Positions 50,483 through 61,965 of a DNA stretch of 64,000 nt are shown here, piece by piece (position 1 is the stretch's first letter; every line of letters starts with the position of its first letter). Source of the stretch: Ramazzottius varieornatus (Eukaryota; Animalia; Tardigrada). Location of the stretch: NCBI GenBank assembly GCA_001949185.1, contig BDGG01000019.1:411770-475769 (forward strand). The letters are read 5' to 3'. Below the pieces are notes generated by a model. It was given only the letters and a program-made list of their open reading frames with translations, searched no databases and was not told the origin of the DNA. The translations under genes and the position numbers were made by a program.

Positions 50483-51621
50483 ACTTGTACATAGTAGCCA
50501 GTGGGCTGCCGACCGGGGACCATGCGGAGCCACCCAAGAAAAAAAAATCGTGGGTTCGGCGTCCACTCCTGCACGAGAGCGTCTGTGTACCTAAGCGTAT
50601 GTACGGAGTCCACTAAATTGCATATTTGTGCGCATCACTTGTGCAACCGAACAATCAACCAATCAAACGAGCCGTTGATTGATTGATTAAGCCTTTTCAT
50701 CTTTTTGGAGTGTCATCGCTTGATTGTGTTGATTTCTCCGTTGAATATCGTTCGAATAATTACTTGATTGACCTTCATTACTTTTTTGATCGGATCCAAC
50801 CGGATTGATGAACCGGTCCAATCGGACTGATGATAGGGATGGCCGACTCGGTTCGGTCTTTCCTTGGATCGAGAAGCTGCAAAAGTCCGGCCCGGACTTA
50901 CCGGACGGCTCGACCCAACGAAAAATCGGGCCGAATCGATGGCCGACTGGCAGGCTTTCATGTCAGATGGGGGTCCGACATAGCAGTCTGACGCCTAGCC
51001 GCGTCATGTAAAAAACACTTTCTGTGATGTCTTATGTCCACCTTCGTGGCTGTCCAATTATCCCGTTTATCCGAGACTTCCGGCCAACTTTCTCAGGGCC
51101 ACAATCTTTCCCGCTGTCCACTCCCGATCCCGTCTCGTCCAACTTGGTGGTGCAATCGTTCTAGTGTCAGCAGGCCACCTGAAAACAGAAGCACTCGTTT
51201 ACAAGAAACCAGGGGCGCGTGGAGGTCCCGCGGATGGGTAAGGCTGATCAGCCTGTGAGGCTGGGAAAACCGTGGTCTTGAGCCTTGAGGCTGCCGAAAA
51301 CTGTGAAGGAGCCTCACGAGGCTGAAAAAACGAAAAAGCAGTATGGTACGCACAAAGAAGAAATCAGGCTAATTCTATATGGAGCGTCCTATAAAAGTAC
51401 CTTGGTTTCTATTTGTCAATGTCACAGGTGGTGGTTACGCAGTTTCACTGTAAGCTGAGCCTAATGAAGAGTTAGATGATCTTAGAAACGTAGAAAAGTA
51501 TAAAACATTAAGAGATAAGACAGAAAAATAGGTAAGACTGGAAACTAACAAAAGAAAGAAGAAAGAAGGAGACAGCAGAAGGAAAAGAAAAAGCAGGAGG
51601 GTCTCTGGCCCGCTGGACGCC

Positions 51622-51954
51622 TTACTTGTGGTTTTTAGCCACATTTCGGAGCTCCTCCATGCGAAGGATGTCCATATCGGACGCGTCCGAGCAGTGGGAC
51701 TTGCGTCGCTCCCGCCCAGACTTGCCACGACGGACACCGAACAACCAAACGAGTCCGCCCAAACCGAAAATCAACAAGGCCCCGATTACAATCAGAGCAA
51801 TCTGACCTGGCGTGAGTCCTCCGGGATCCTGTTGGGATGGGGTGGTGGCAGGAACCTCGGGGACAGGTGTGCTGTTGGTCGGCAGAGTGGTGGACGACCC
51901 GCTCGTGGTCATTGCGACCGTCGTCGTGGTGGCCAGGTCGACAAGTAAAAACAA
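51622..51954 (-). CDS. Small single-pass membrane protein with Thr/Ser/Pro-rich ectodomain (possible upstream signal exon ~52020-52170)
   Basis: TTTT..STTLPTNSTPVPEVPATTP, TM IALIVIGALLIFGLGGLVWLFGV, basic stop-transfer RRGK. Confidence 0.7.
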   Translation of the reverse strand: MFLLVDLATTTTVAMTTSGSSTTLPTNSTPVPEVPATTPSQQDPGGLTPGQIALIVIGALLIFGLGGLVWLFGVRRGKSGRERRKSHCSDASDMDILRMEELRNVAKNHK

Positions 51955-52591
51955 ATCGTTTAAGTTGTCGCGGTGTCAGGCATTATGATAACAAGCGGCG
52001 AAATACTTTCATTGCGTACTTTAACGCATGCAATGAAGGTACTTCGCCGCGTATTTGTAAGGGAAAGCTATGTGACACCCATCCAACTTCTTGGGTACTT
52101 TTGCTGCATCCAGCGAACCCAAGTACAAGCCCGCCCAGGCCAACTTGCCACCACCCATAAAGTTGAAGTGTTCTCGACCCGATCATCGTCCAGCTTCCAA
52201 CCTAGTTTTCCTTGATTCAACATACTGTTTGCCATCTCACCAGAAATTACTCGCTGGATAATCTGTCGGAATCGACATAGTACTAAAAAAAGGAGCGAGG
52301 CGAAGAATGCATCAACATTGACAGTTATTGCAACCGTTTCTGAAAATTATTTTTTCGGTTTCTTACAGACCTCCTGCGGTTTTGTTGTCGAGAAAAATTA
52401 GAACTAGGTCTGAGCTACAGAAAAGTGTGTCGAAAACATGAATCCGTCGTTCGGAACCGGAGCTACAAATTTGCCCGCAAAACGGTTTATCCGGCAAAGT
52501 GACGGAGTTCCCTAGTTTCAATTCATTTGCCGAGCTAGTTCGATGTCCCTACGGCCGTTCCTGATTTTTACTGACAACTCAGATACTCATA

Positions 52592-52916
52592 GGAGTGAAC
52601 ATCACAATTTATGCTGAATATGACTGAATATCCATCTCCGATTGGCCTGACCATCTATGAAGTTACCGAGAAAGTATTCCGGCTGCGAGAAAATACTCGG
52701 ATGGCGGGTTTTTCAAAAGTCATAGATGAGTTCAGCACCATTCACGCCACGAACTATCCGGTGAACTGTGCGCAGCTGCCAATCCGTCCATAACTTCTTG
52801 AAGTCCCGCCATCCGTGTATCTTCCCGCAGCCAGAGTACTTTCTCGATAACTGGATGGTCAGGCCCAGCGGAGATGGATATTCGGCCACATTCAGTGCGA
52901 TTGTGCTGATCACTCC
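52592..52916. repeat. Diverged inverted duplication of a coding-like fragment
   Basis: + arm LNMTEYPSPIGLTI..VTEKVFRLRENTRMAG and - arm LNVAEYPSPLGLTI..VIEKVLWLREDTRMAG, joined tail-to-tail near 52757. Confidence 0.85.
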
Positions 52917-53093
52917 ATCGAGCTGCAAAGAGATCTGCTCGTACTGAATGTGGCCAATTATCCATCGGCGCCGGGACTGACGACCATCGGGACCACCGCA
53001 AAACATTGAAAGCAGAATAGTTGACATATCTATACATCTCTAACGAGAGTGTATAGATCTGGCAAGTATTCTGGGTAAGAGATACAGGTAAGG

Positions 53094-53272
53094 CATCCAA
53101 AGGTGAGGACGAATACATAAGTACTTGAAGAGCACCTACCTTGCTGAAAGTATCCTTTGGGTCGAAGGATGGGAGGCATAGTGCCGCTGCTGTTTCCTAC
53201 GAAGAAACGAACATCTTTCCAGCAAGGTAGGTGCTTTTCAAGTACTTATGTATTCGTCCTTACCTGTGGATG
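53094..53272. mobile_element. Small MITE/foldback with ~55-bp TIRs
   Basis: AGGTGAGGACGAATACATAAGTACTTGAAGAGCACCTACCTTGCTG is a near-perfect reverse complement of 53220-53265. Confidence 0.75.
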
Positions 53273-54008
53273 GAAGTTTCGGGGGAAGACAAGTCGGAGC
53301 CGGCGATCTGCAGTAGGGACGGCGCACCGAAATATGCAAATTCAAAATGTAATTTTCGAAAACAACAACAAACCGAATAGCGAAGTGGGTGTCTACTGGA
53401 CTTCCGCTTCGCGTTATTGTTGCGGACTACTTTTTTGTTTCCCGCTTTTCCGCGACCACTGTGCACGTACTTTACCTAATTATGGGTCGGGACCAAATTA
53501 TGGGCCACCAGTTTTTGAGCCAGCTAGAAGGCTGATTGTTTTGGGTCTCACCTAGGACCTTACAGCTCCATAAGCTATGTGACTAAACTTCAGTGGAGTC
53601 AAGCATTGCACTGATTTCCGACATAAACAGGTTGCCATTAATTGCGTCCATGCCCGTGATTAGACAAAGTACGTGTACAGACTCACTGGTTCTTCATTGA
53701 TGGTGCATTTGATTCTCGTTAGCTCTCGGGAGTGGTTCGCGGCATATCCCTATGGTAGTTTGCACTTAACCCAGAGTCTTAGCCATCACGTAAAACTGTT
53801 TAAGCTAAGATTCGCGTACGATGGTCTGGAAGGTACCCCCGTAAGCTCTTATCTGCGTTTGCAATGCATCGATCTCATACTGGACTGCACAATAGTGTTG
53901 TTTATTGGTGTTATTACGGAGGTGAAAGTAGTAATGAAGATAATTCAACAACAGATCGAACTAAACAAGAGCATCCATCGTGAGAAGTATTAAGCACCAA
54001 AAGTCTAA

Positions 54009-56820
54009 TTAAACGATGTTATTGTTTAGCAAGCCAAGAGGCTCTTTCGACTCCATCGGAATGTTGTTCCGGCCAACGTTGCGAACTTCCCGTGCACTGC
54101 GGCGTCGTCGTTTGATGAGGAAAACCGTAACCAGGAAAAGGAGCCAAGTAGGAACTCTCGCTGATAGCGGTGTCAACGCCTAAAATGAATTAGTAACGCA
54201 GATGTGTCAAAGAACGATGAGTCGTGCTAGTTTCTCACTTTTAATCGAAAGTTCCTTGATGGCGCGTCGCGGATCTTTTATAACGCCAAGGTTTGGACCA
54301 TAGGTGACTGCAACCACGTACCAATGCCGGCCGTTGCCAATGCTGTCGGTGTTCAGAGCGTAGTACCTGTAGACAATAACACAAGCTTAGAAACGCTAGA
54401 GATAAAAACGTAGAACTTTGGATGACCTAGTTCCTCCGGTCTCTCGTAACAGCAGTGAGTACATTGGAAACATGTGATCAACGAAATGCCGCGTCCTTCC
54501 AACATTGACCAAGTTTTGAATAGCATAGGACATATTGATGTTCATCCGGTTGGCCGCAAGCCGGATGACCTCTGTGCTAGACAACCAGCGGGTACTGCGA
54601 GCCCCAAGTCCCATAAAGCTTCGCCCGTTAATAGCCACACTTCGCGTATTGACACCAGCCATCTCATCGTCAGAAACTTCCGCAAAAGGCAGTTCGGCAT
54701 TGTGTAGCAAGGCTACAGCCTCCGCGGCTACGAAGCCGCAAGCCGCTCCGTCCAACTGACCAGTGCGTATGGAATCCTGCACCGTAACCCCTGAAGCTCT
54801 CAACCAGTCACGTAGCTGACCAGGAACTGGATTATTTCCCCAAAAGTCAATGATTCTGGTTGTATGCGTTAGCTGAGGTAACTGGGCATCACCAAAGTTG
54901 GGAAAAAAAGGGAGTGTCGATGCAAGTTCTTGAATATCGGCTTGGGGAACAGGTCCTTCACCCACCTCCAAGGGGAGCTCATCTGCAGTTATTGGGTCGT
55001 CCCCATCTTCTGCGTTATCAAGCTGAGCACCGCTAGCGCCTGTTTGTTGCTCGTTGTCTAGCTCATCCAGAAATCTCTCACACTGTTGCTGCAGTTCTTT
55101 CCATTCTGGGTCCTGATCCATGGTTTCTTTGATGACAGTTTTTTTGACGAACCCGAAAGCCCGTTTGTCGTCAACAAAAATCTCATCTGCAGTTATTGGG
55201 TTACTGGTTAGCCATTCTCTTTGAAAAATTCTCCGCTGGCCCCCATTGCTCGTGCTGGGAAATGTGAAGCTTGTGGGTGGTACCCATGGACTCGATTATT
55301 TGCCGAACAACGGACCCTGGAATCGAAGCTAGTGGTACGGTTATCCATTCCCCAATGTCGGCTTCGGAAGGGCTCTCGGGCGCTGCCGACGTTGTGGTGG
55401 TCACGGTTGGGGGACGGTCACTTTGATCCATAACGTCACAAGAGGGATTCCTGTTAGTTGGCTGCGGTGGAAAGTGCGCGGGCAACAGCGGGCACGAGTT
55501 TTCCAAAGTATTCATTTCAACATCGTTGCAAGTGGTGGAAAAGCCTAACAAGAATCCGCATATTGAGTAATGAGAACATGTGTGATGCTTTAAATACCCT
55601 GTACGGTCATTGTGCGCATCTCCGTACCGGTGGTTGCTTCCGTTGTTGAAGAAGATGGCAGACCTTGAGGGGTAGATTTGTCCTCCAAGGCTTTTGATGT
55701 TGAAGACTCTGTTGTCTGGATGAAAAACTGCGACATTTTTTGTGGATGGTTCGGCGTTTGGTGGGAGGACCAACAGGCAGGGCTTGACTGTTGCGCTTCG
55801 CCGACGAGACGGATGAAAGAGCCATGTCGTAGCAGGACTCCGGCAAGGGTTGCCTATTCAGCCATGACCGTGCCTCGTTCAGTGGGGCCTCGGCAGAATA
55901 CGCAAGATTAGGAGAGCCTGGTGTTGGCACCCCATACTCAAACATGGTTTCTGAACCCTTGTCAAAGCGTGACATGGAAGAGTCGTACATCTTCCACGTT
56001 ACCTTGAAATGAACGCAGGCACCAATAATCCTTCGAGTCTTTAGTGCATCTGATCCAACTTTTAGTTACCTCGCCGAAGGTGCATACATCAGTGGCATTC
56101 TCGCATGGTCCACAAAAAAAAGGAACAAACTCGACGAGCTTTTCGTTGTGCAGGTCTGCTTCAGCGTCAAATGGGCGGTGTACAGTGCGATCACCCACAG
56201 GAAAAAAACTTAGCTCCTTTATACAGAGCCACAGTGCCCATAAAGTTTCGGGAAGGTAGAAGCTCTCGACAAGAGCCCACACTGTAGTTGAGCCCACCAG
56301 GACATTGCAAAATATCAGTCTTGTCGTATATACCGTGAAGTAGAAACGCATCTTGGTCATACGGGACCTGACTTGTTAGACCGTCTCCGGATGACAAAGG
56401 CAGCACGACCCCGGACTTGAGTGACTGACGATCCCAAATAACAATGTGGTGAGAGTCGAGATTATGGTGGATGGGTCCTGACAACTCCCGCTTGGTCCGT
56501 CCATCACATATCTGCTCTATCTCCACGTATCCTCCTATTGCATAAACTTTGCCGGAGTGAACAACTGCACTATTGCAATTTATTTCTGCAATCCGGTACG
56601 TACAACATTGTCTGTGAAAAACACTATCAAAAATTACAACAAAGGAAAAACCGGCACATGTTTAGGCAGCTAATGTACCTTGACAGAACTACGCCACAGA
56701 ATACTGCAAAATATTTTGTCCTCCCTTTATGTATACCAGAAGCTCATTTGATACGCACATAATTAACAACCGTAATAAGTTATGAATCCGTGAGGCACAG
56801 TTTAATCGCACTGAAGCATC
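54009..56820 (-). pseudogene. Frameshifted gene: Kelch-like repeats + Thr/Pro/acidic linker + papain-fold cysteine peptidase (+ possible TM tail)
   Basis: SAVVHSGKVYAIGGY (~56572-56527) and LPSRNFMGTVAL are Kelch-like. The open 55121-54427 segment has QLDGAACG and STRWLSSTEV. It splices (54426-54367) to NTDSIGNGRHWYVVAVTYGPNLGVIKDP. Confidence 0.6.
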
Positions 56821-57173
56821 CGGTCCTTCTTTTAATTTCGCCCGTCGGAGATTTGTAATCGACGAATTATTCTTAATCGTGAGCATTATGCGAATTTTAA
56901 AAGTCCCAGGTTCGTTATACATGTCAAACTGTCGAACTGGAGGTTGTCGACGTGACTAATAACGCTGACTTTCGATCTAAAGCATAGTAATGATAGTCAT
57001 TTGTTCAGAGTGTGATTTTTTTGCCCATATTTCATCCAGATACACCACAGTTGAGCAAAGCCGCATTTTCCGCGCATTATTTGCAGACTTCACTGCGTGC
57101 CTGTCTTAACATCTCAGCGAAGTTTTTGTATAGTTATCCTTCACGAGATTAAAGTTAACAGCCCACCTCATAC

Positions 57174-57341
57174 TGTACACGCGCATGGCCCAAATGTGAG
57201 CATGGACAAAACTGTGGGCCACGGAACGAAGACGGCACGGGCCAACCGGGGTTGACCAATCCATTAAATCAATCAAAGCAGCGCCGCTTTCGCTCCGTGG
57301 CCCACAGTTGTGTTCATGCCCAGAAGTAGGCGCGTGTACTG
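57174..57341. mobile_element. MITE (CAGTACACGCG terminus) nested in the hAT element
   Basis: Imperfect ~60-bp inverted arms including ACTGTGGGCCACGGA / TCCGTGGCCCACAGT. Confidence 0.7.
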
Positions 57342-58456
57342 GTAGTTACGTTCAAAAACCGGTTAGAATGGCTAACAGGTAAAAAAAATTTTCGGCCAGC
57401 CAGAGGCTGCTACTTTTGCTTCCATTTTCCCGGCCTGTCGAGGCTGAGAATTTGGACTTTGGGACAGGCTGAGCCTCATCAGCCTTATGGGTCAACGCGC
57501 CCCTGCAAGAAACTATGGCTTTTCACATCCGTCAACTAGCGAAGAGATTTTTCAAGTGAAAATTTACGAGTCCAAGATCTTGCGCGTGCATCGATCACCT
57601 ACATACAGGCGCACAGTATGCGCTCGATCACGTATGCGCCGGTTGAGAAAATGTACTCTGGCTACAGCGCGCGGCCCCAAACCAAGTACGAAATAGACTT
57701 CCGTCAGTACTGACGTCGGGACTTTTTTCTTGGGCATTGGCGCTAGCGGCTGCCCTCGAGAAGGAAAAGATGCCCGGCGGGGGCGCCACCAACATGAAAA
57801 TTGGCCCGCATACCGGCGGCTGTGCTGCTGAGTTATCGGCGTCAAAGCATCTCGATCTTGTCTGTAAGCCATTCCCTTTCGACCATCCTACCTTGATAAA
57901 GTCCAACAAATTATGGACCTGTAGGTTTGGAGACACAATCAATACAGCTTCCAAAATGTGCATGCACAATTCGAGAAGGTCCCATTCGTCGGTCAGTCGA
58001 TGCCCAGCTCTCGTCGAATAAATCTCAGTGAAAAAGCACTGTTTCGTAGGACGCGAAATTATGATCAGTGAAGGGTTGAAAATTTACCTTGACCTTCATT
58101 TTCCTGATGAGTTTCTCGTGCAATTCAGGAACGACACGGAAGTTAAGGTAATTTTCTTGGAAACGTTGCAAAGTCGCATTTTTCCTCATCTACCGTATAG
58201 AGTAAGGAGAAACGAAAAATTAAAACGTACTACTGCGAGCACAACCCGACCATACGCACGTGCTCGAAACATTCTACTACAAAACTCAAACACCTTGTTT
58301 CTTTCCCTCGAAGATCAACGGCTCTTACAGTATGTCCTTTCGTCGTCTTGTTTATGATAAGTAGTTTGAGCACACTTTCGAAGCAGAATTATGCCCAAAA
58401 AAGAGAAACAATTGGAAGCGGAGATACTAGCGCAGCTGCGAAGAGCAGTCAGGGAG

Positions 58457-60282
58457 CTAAAGGTGGAGAACCTGTGGAGCGGGAGGACTAGTTTGGGGGA
58501 GCCGTACCCATCTGAGTTGACCCTCGGGCAGAACACGGACAAGCGGCTGGATGCATTGCCCCATTGTATTCCACCACTCTTCCAGATCCCACTTAATGAT
58601 TGGCTTTCTGGTCCGTGATCGGGTCCGTTGATTATTTGGCAAAGTTTGCACCAGGATATCTGCGTTTGATGGAGGGCTGATGGCGGTGTGGCGTAGACTG
58701 GATTCAGTTTCCATTCGAAGTACTTCTAGTAGGCCGCGGAACTGGCTGATAAAAACAATAAATGTTCGGCCAGCGCTTTGGCGCTGGGGAAATCCCAGAT
58801 GTTGATGAAGGAATTGGGTGGAAATAATGCTGTGTAGTTTGCTCCGCCAAGTATTACTGGAACGGTGTCTTGCGCGTAGGCCCGGTGAACTTTTTCCGTC
58901 ACGTAATCCCGACATACACTGCAAAGAAGGAAAATCTGTCTTTGGATACGGTGATGATGATGATAATTATGATGATATTATCCAATGCTGAAGATACGAG
59001 GTAAACTTCACAATTCCGGCGGGGCCATTTTCCCATCATAATTCGGGCGGCGTGAAATGCTGATACGTTATCCACTCTGCTGTATTGATTGATCATCGTA
59101 CATCGGTTGATACAACTCTAGGCTTCTCAACATTGAGCAGACTCCTCTTCCTTCCGCCGCTGGCTCTTCAATTCTGTGACATCTTCCTATCTCTAGGCCT
59201 ATCACGAGATATACAAGAGTGTCTGTTCTGGCCCGGGGAACAAAACATAGGCGATTTGAAGCAGAAGGAGCTGAGATACAGACCGCCCGAATTATGATGG
59301 GAAAATTGGCCTGCCCGAATTGTGAAGTTTTCCTCGGAGCTACATCGTTTAAGGCTTACCTATTCTCAAAGGCAAGATAGAACTTGTACGTCGAAACGAG
59401 TCTGTCGCAGGCCGCTTCTTTTCTAAGAGAAGTTGGCTTACATTTTAGAGGTCCGCATCTTCCGTAGACGTCTATTGCTATGTATTCTCTTAGCTCCTCT
59501 AGGACAAGGTTCCTCCGACTAGGCGTAATGCAGTTTGACACAAAGGCCACCGCCAACTTTGTTTTCACTCTCAATGTTTCTTCGAAGGATGACCAGTCGG
59601 CCCACATGGGTGGTTTGTAGTTCTGGAAGTACGTATCGGCAACGATATCCGAGTCCAGACGGTATGTGAAAGTCAAGTTGAAGAAGCCGGGCGCCAACGA
59701 GGCCAGCGACATCTCCGTGTGACGAGGAGATTCCAAAAGATGAAACACGTAATACTGTTGCGGATCACGATATGCGGGAAGTTTTTCCCACTGCATATCC
59801 CGTACATGAAATATTACAGCCGAGCTTTGGTTAAGCATGGAGCGGTTACTGGTTATGACACAATTATTCACCGGGCAGCTCCTTAAACCGTGAACCGCTT
59901 CCTGATATATCTGCTGACGGCTGTTGAAATCGTGGTTGTAGTATTTCGTCCAGTACAAGATCAATGGCTGTCGCGGTAGGCTATTTGATTCAAACATGAG
60001 GTCGTCTGGCAGGACGTAGAAAGAACACAGGAAGATCCACATCAAAGGTAGTGCAACTATCCAGGGCCATAGCCCGCGCTTTGTCCTTTTACAAAGCCAA
60101 CGCATGGCTGTGAATGCAGCGGAGTTGCCACTGAAACCTGCCTGAGAAACTCCAGGAAAAACTCCAGCAACATGCCGTAAAATCCGAGGTGTGCCAGAGA
60201 ACGATGCGGCGATGTTCGAACAGAAAGAAATACTTCTCGGTTTAGTGCGGATTGGAAGACCATCTACCGTATCAGAGTCCAT
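58457..60282 (-). pseudogene. Alpha-1,3-fucosyltransferase (GT10), two exons, apparently disabled
   Basis: Type II TM, ILYWT, AVIFH, LESP, FNLTFTYRLDSD, FVSNC, IDVYGRCG, YKFYLAFEN|SVCRDYVTEK, PPNSFI and WCKLC. In-frame TAG at 58728-58726 and a frameshift before DLEEWW. Confidence 0.85.
58997..59336. mobile_element. Mariner-type MITE in fucosyltransferase intron
   Basis: ~54-bp imperfect TIRs starting CGAGG(T/A)AAACTTCACAATTC. TA on the left flank. Confidence 0.75.
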
Positions 60283-60757
60283 TTTACGGTAAATGAACTC
60301 TGACCGTATTTTTCATCGTATGCGTGTAGCTGAACTGCGGTATGGCGAGCAGGCTTTTAATGTTCCTGATCTTTCAGTTTTGAAACCGTCAAATTAGGTA
60401 ACAGATCCCGAGCGAGTGGACTGTACATAGCAAAAGTTTGCTGTGTACAGTACTCGTCTCGCTTCACTTCTCGTTTTGCTTCATTACTCGTTTTGCTACA
60501 TTTCGCAGAGTACGAGCACAAGAAAGAATGTTTTCGTGTTTCCGTCGCGTTCATACGCAGTTTTCGACTCAGTTTGTCCAGTCGAGTTGTCGAGTGCGGC
60601 CAGGGCCAGTTGAGACTGGCCCTGGTACAGCCGTCCAAACGAGAATTGTCTGTTGTCCATGTTTAGCGTCTTGTCTGGCTTTTGCAACATGCCCAAAATT
60701 GGAAGCTGCCTCGGGAGCGCAGACAATGTCTTCTGTTAGGATTTCATTTAATCACTA

Positions 60758-61505
60758 CGAGGTAGCCGGCATGGAAATATCCAGTGACCACTGATGTGCC
60801 GCTGAAGCGCGCGTTGCTGGAAGGAAGGACACCGTAAAGTATCGTTGACGTCATGCGTCAAAGCATAATGCGGGGCAGATTTTAGTCATGACGTGACCAT
60901 TCTATGACGTACCAGATTGTTAATTTGACCGAAAAGTAATATCATTCAATCAACCTCCACCGCAGCTTGGGTATGAAAATGAAACAAAACCACACTTTGG
61001 TTGATTGACTGCACCTGTTAGCTCAATATCTGAAAAATCACTTCTACCGGGATTCGATTCCAAGGTTGCCTATATACGACACCTGGCTCCGGTAAATTTA
61101 TGGCCTACCATTTTAATTTTGCGCGTTTTAGCTTGCCATGCTTCGACAGACGCGCGCTTCAGCAGCACATCAGTGCCAGTGACGATTTTCCGGCATGGAA
61201 ATGTCCAGTGACGATTTTCCGGCATGGAAATATCCAGGCTGACTTCACCACTTACTGCTTCTAGCTACCTTTTCTTGGTTTCTAGATTAAGCTAAACTTG
61301 TCTACATTCTTTTGAGACAAACCAGAAGCTCGTCAGTAGCAAGGCTGATAAGTTATGTTCCTTGGAAGGGAGGAAGGTAGGTCGGACGCAGTGTAAAGGG
61401 TCTATTTGAAGTACTATGATCAAGCAATCAGCCGCACGAAATAATGCTCCATAGATATTTCCATGCCGGAATTTTTCACTGGATATTTCTATGCCGGCTA
61501 CCTCG
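60758..61505. mobile_element. Tc1/mariner-type non-autonomous element
   Basis: 30-bp TIR CGAGGTAGCCGGCAT(G/A)GAAATATCCAGTGA, TA on both flanks, and internal copies of the CCGGCATGGAAAT motif (61190-61235, 61455-61476). Confidence 0.85.
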
Positions 61506-61965
61506 TACAAAAGCTTTAATAGAGACCTTGCAAAATTCACGAGACGGGTCAAACAAACGAAGCTTCAAACGAAACGATTGCTATTAAAAATGTTTAAACA
61601 TTTTGAATTTGTAATTCATGTCGCTATTCACGAAACGAATGGGGGTTTCGTTCGTGAATCACGAAGGAAATTCTCCGTCGATTTGTAATGAGCACTAATA
61701 CCCGTGAATAATTGCTTTTGCTGGCAGCAGCTGTAGACAACCGTGAATTGTGCCCGGTTAGCGTCGGACCGTCAGAACGATCAAGCAAGCAATCAAAAGT
61801 GCTTGCTTGCCTACACTTTTTCAACTTGGTGGCCTTATTACTGCCTGCAAACTCTTTGCCAGTACCACTATTTTTTATGCTCAATTTCATTTCAGTCTCT
61901 TCTGAAGATAACTAGTTTTGAATCTTGTTGTTCCGTGTCTTCTCACTCACACATCTAGGTGGAGC

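Larger units (their letters stand above)
51210..57505. mobile_element. 6.3-kb non-autonomous hAT-type element carrying gene cargo
   Basis: TIR CAGGGGCGCGT (51210-51220) / ACGCGCCCCTG (57495-57505). Identical 8-bp flanks CAAGAAAC (51202-51209 and 57506-57513). AGGCTG/CAGCCT subterminal repeats at both ends. Confidence 0.88.

Noticed and set aside
55230-56620. RAG2-like gene (Kelch + GEWIT.. / VRCS..HGYHPQ resembling the RAG2 PHD)
   Set aside because: The PHD-like match needs a frameshift and lacks most Zn ligands. There is no RAG1-like partner, the nearby RSS-like end faces away, and the protein looks extracellular.
57564-58357. Overlapping ~100-aa ORFs right of the hAT element
   Set aside because: Possibly exons of the interrupted host gene, but no consistent frame or family could be established.
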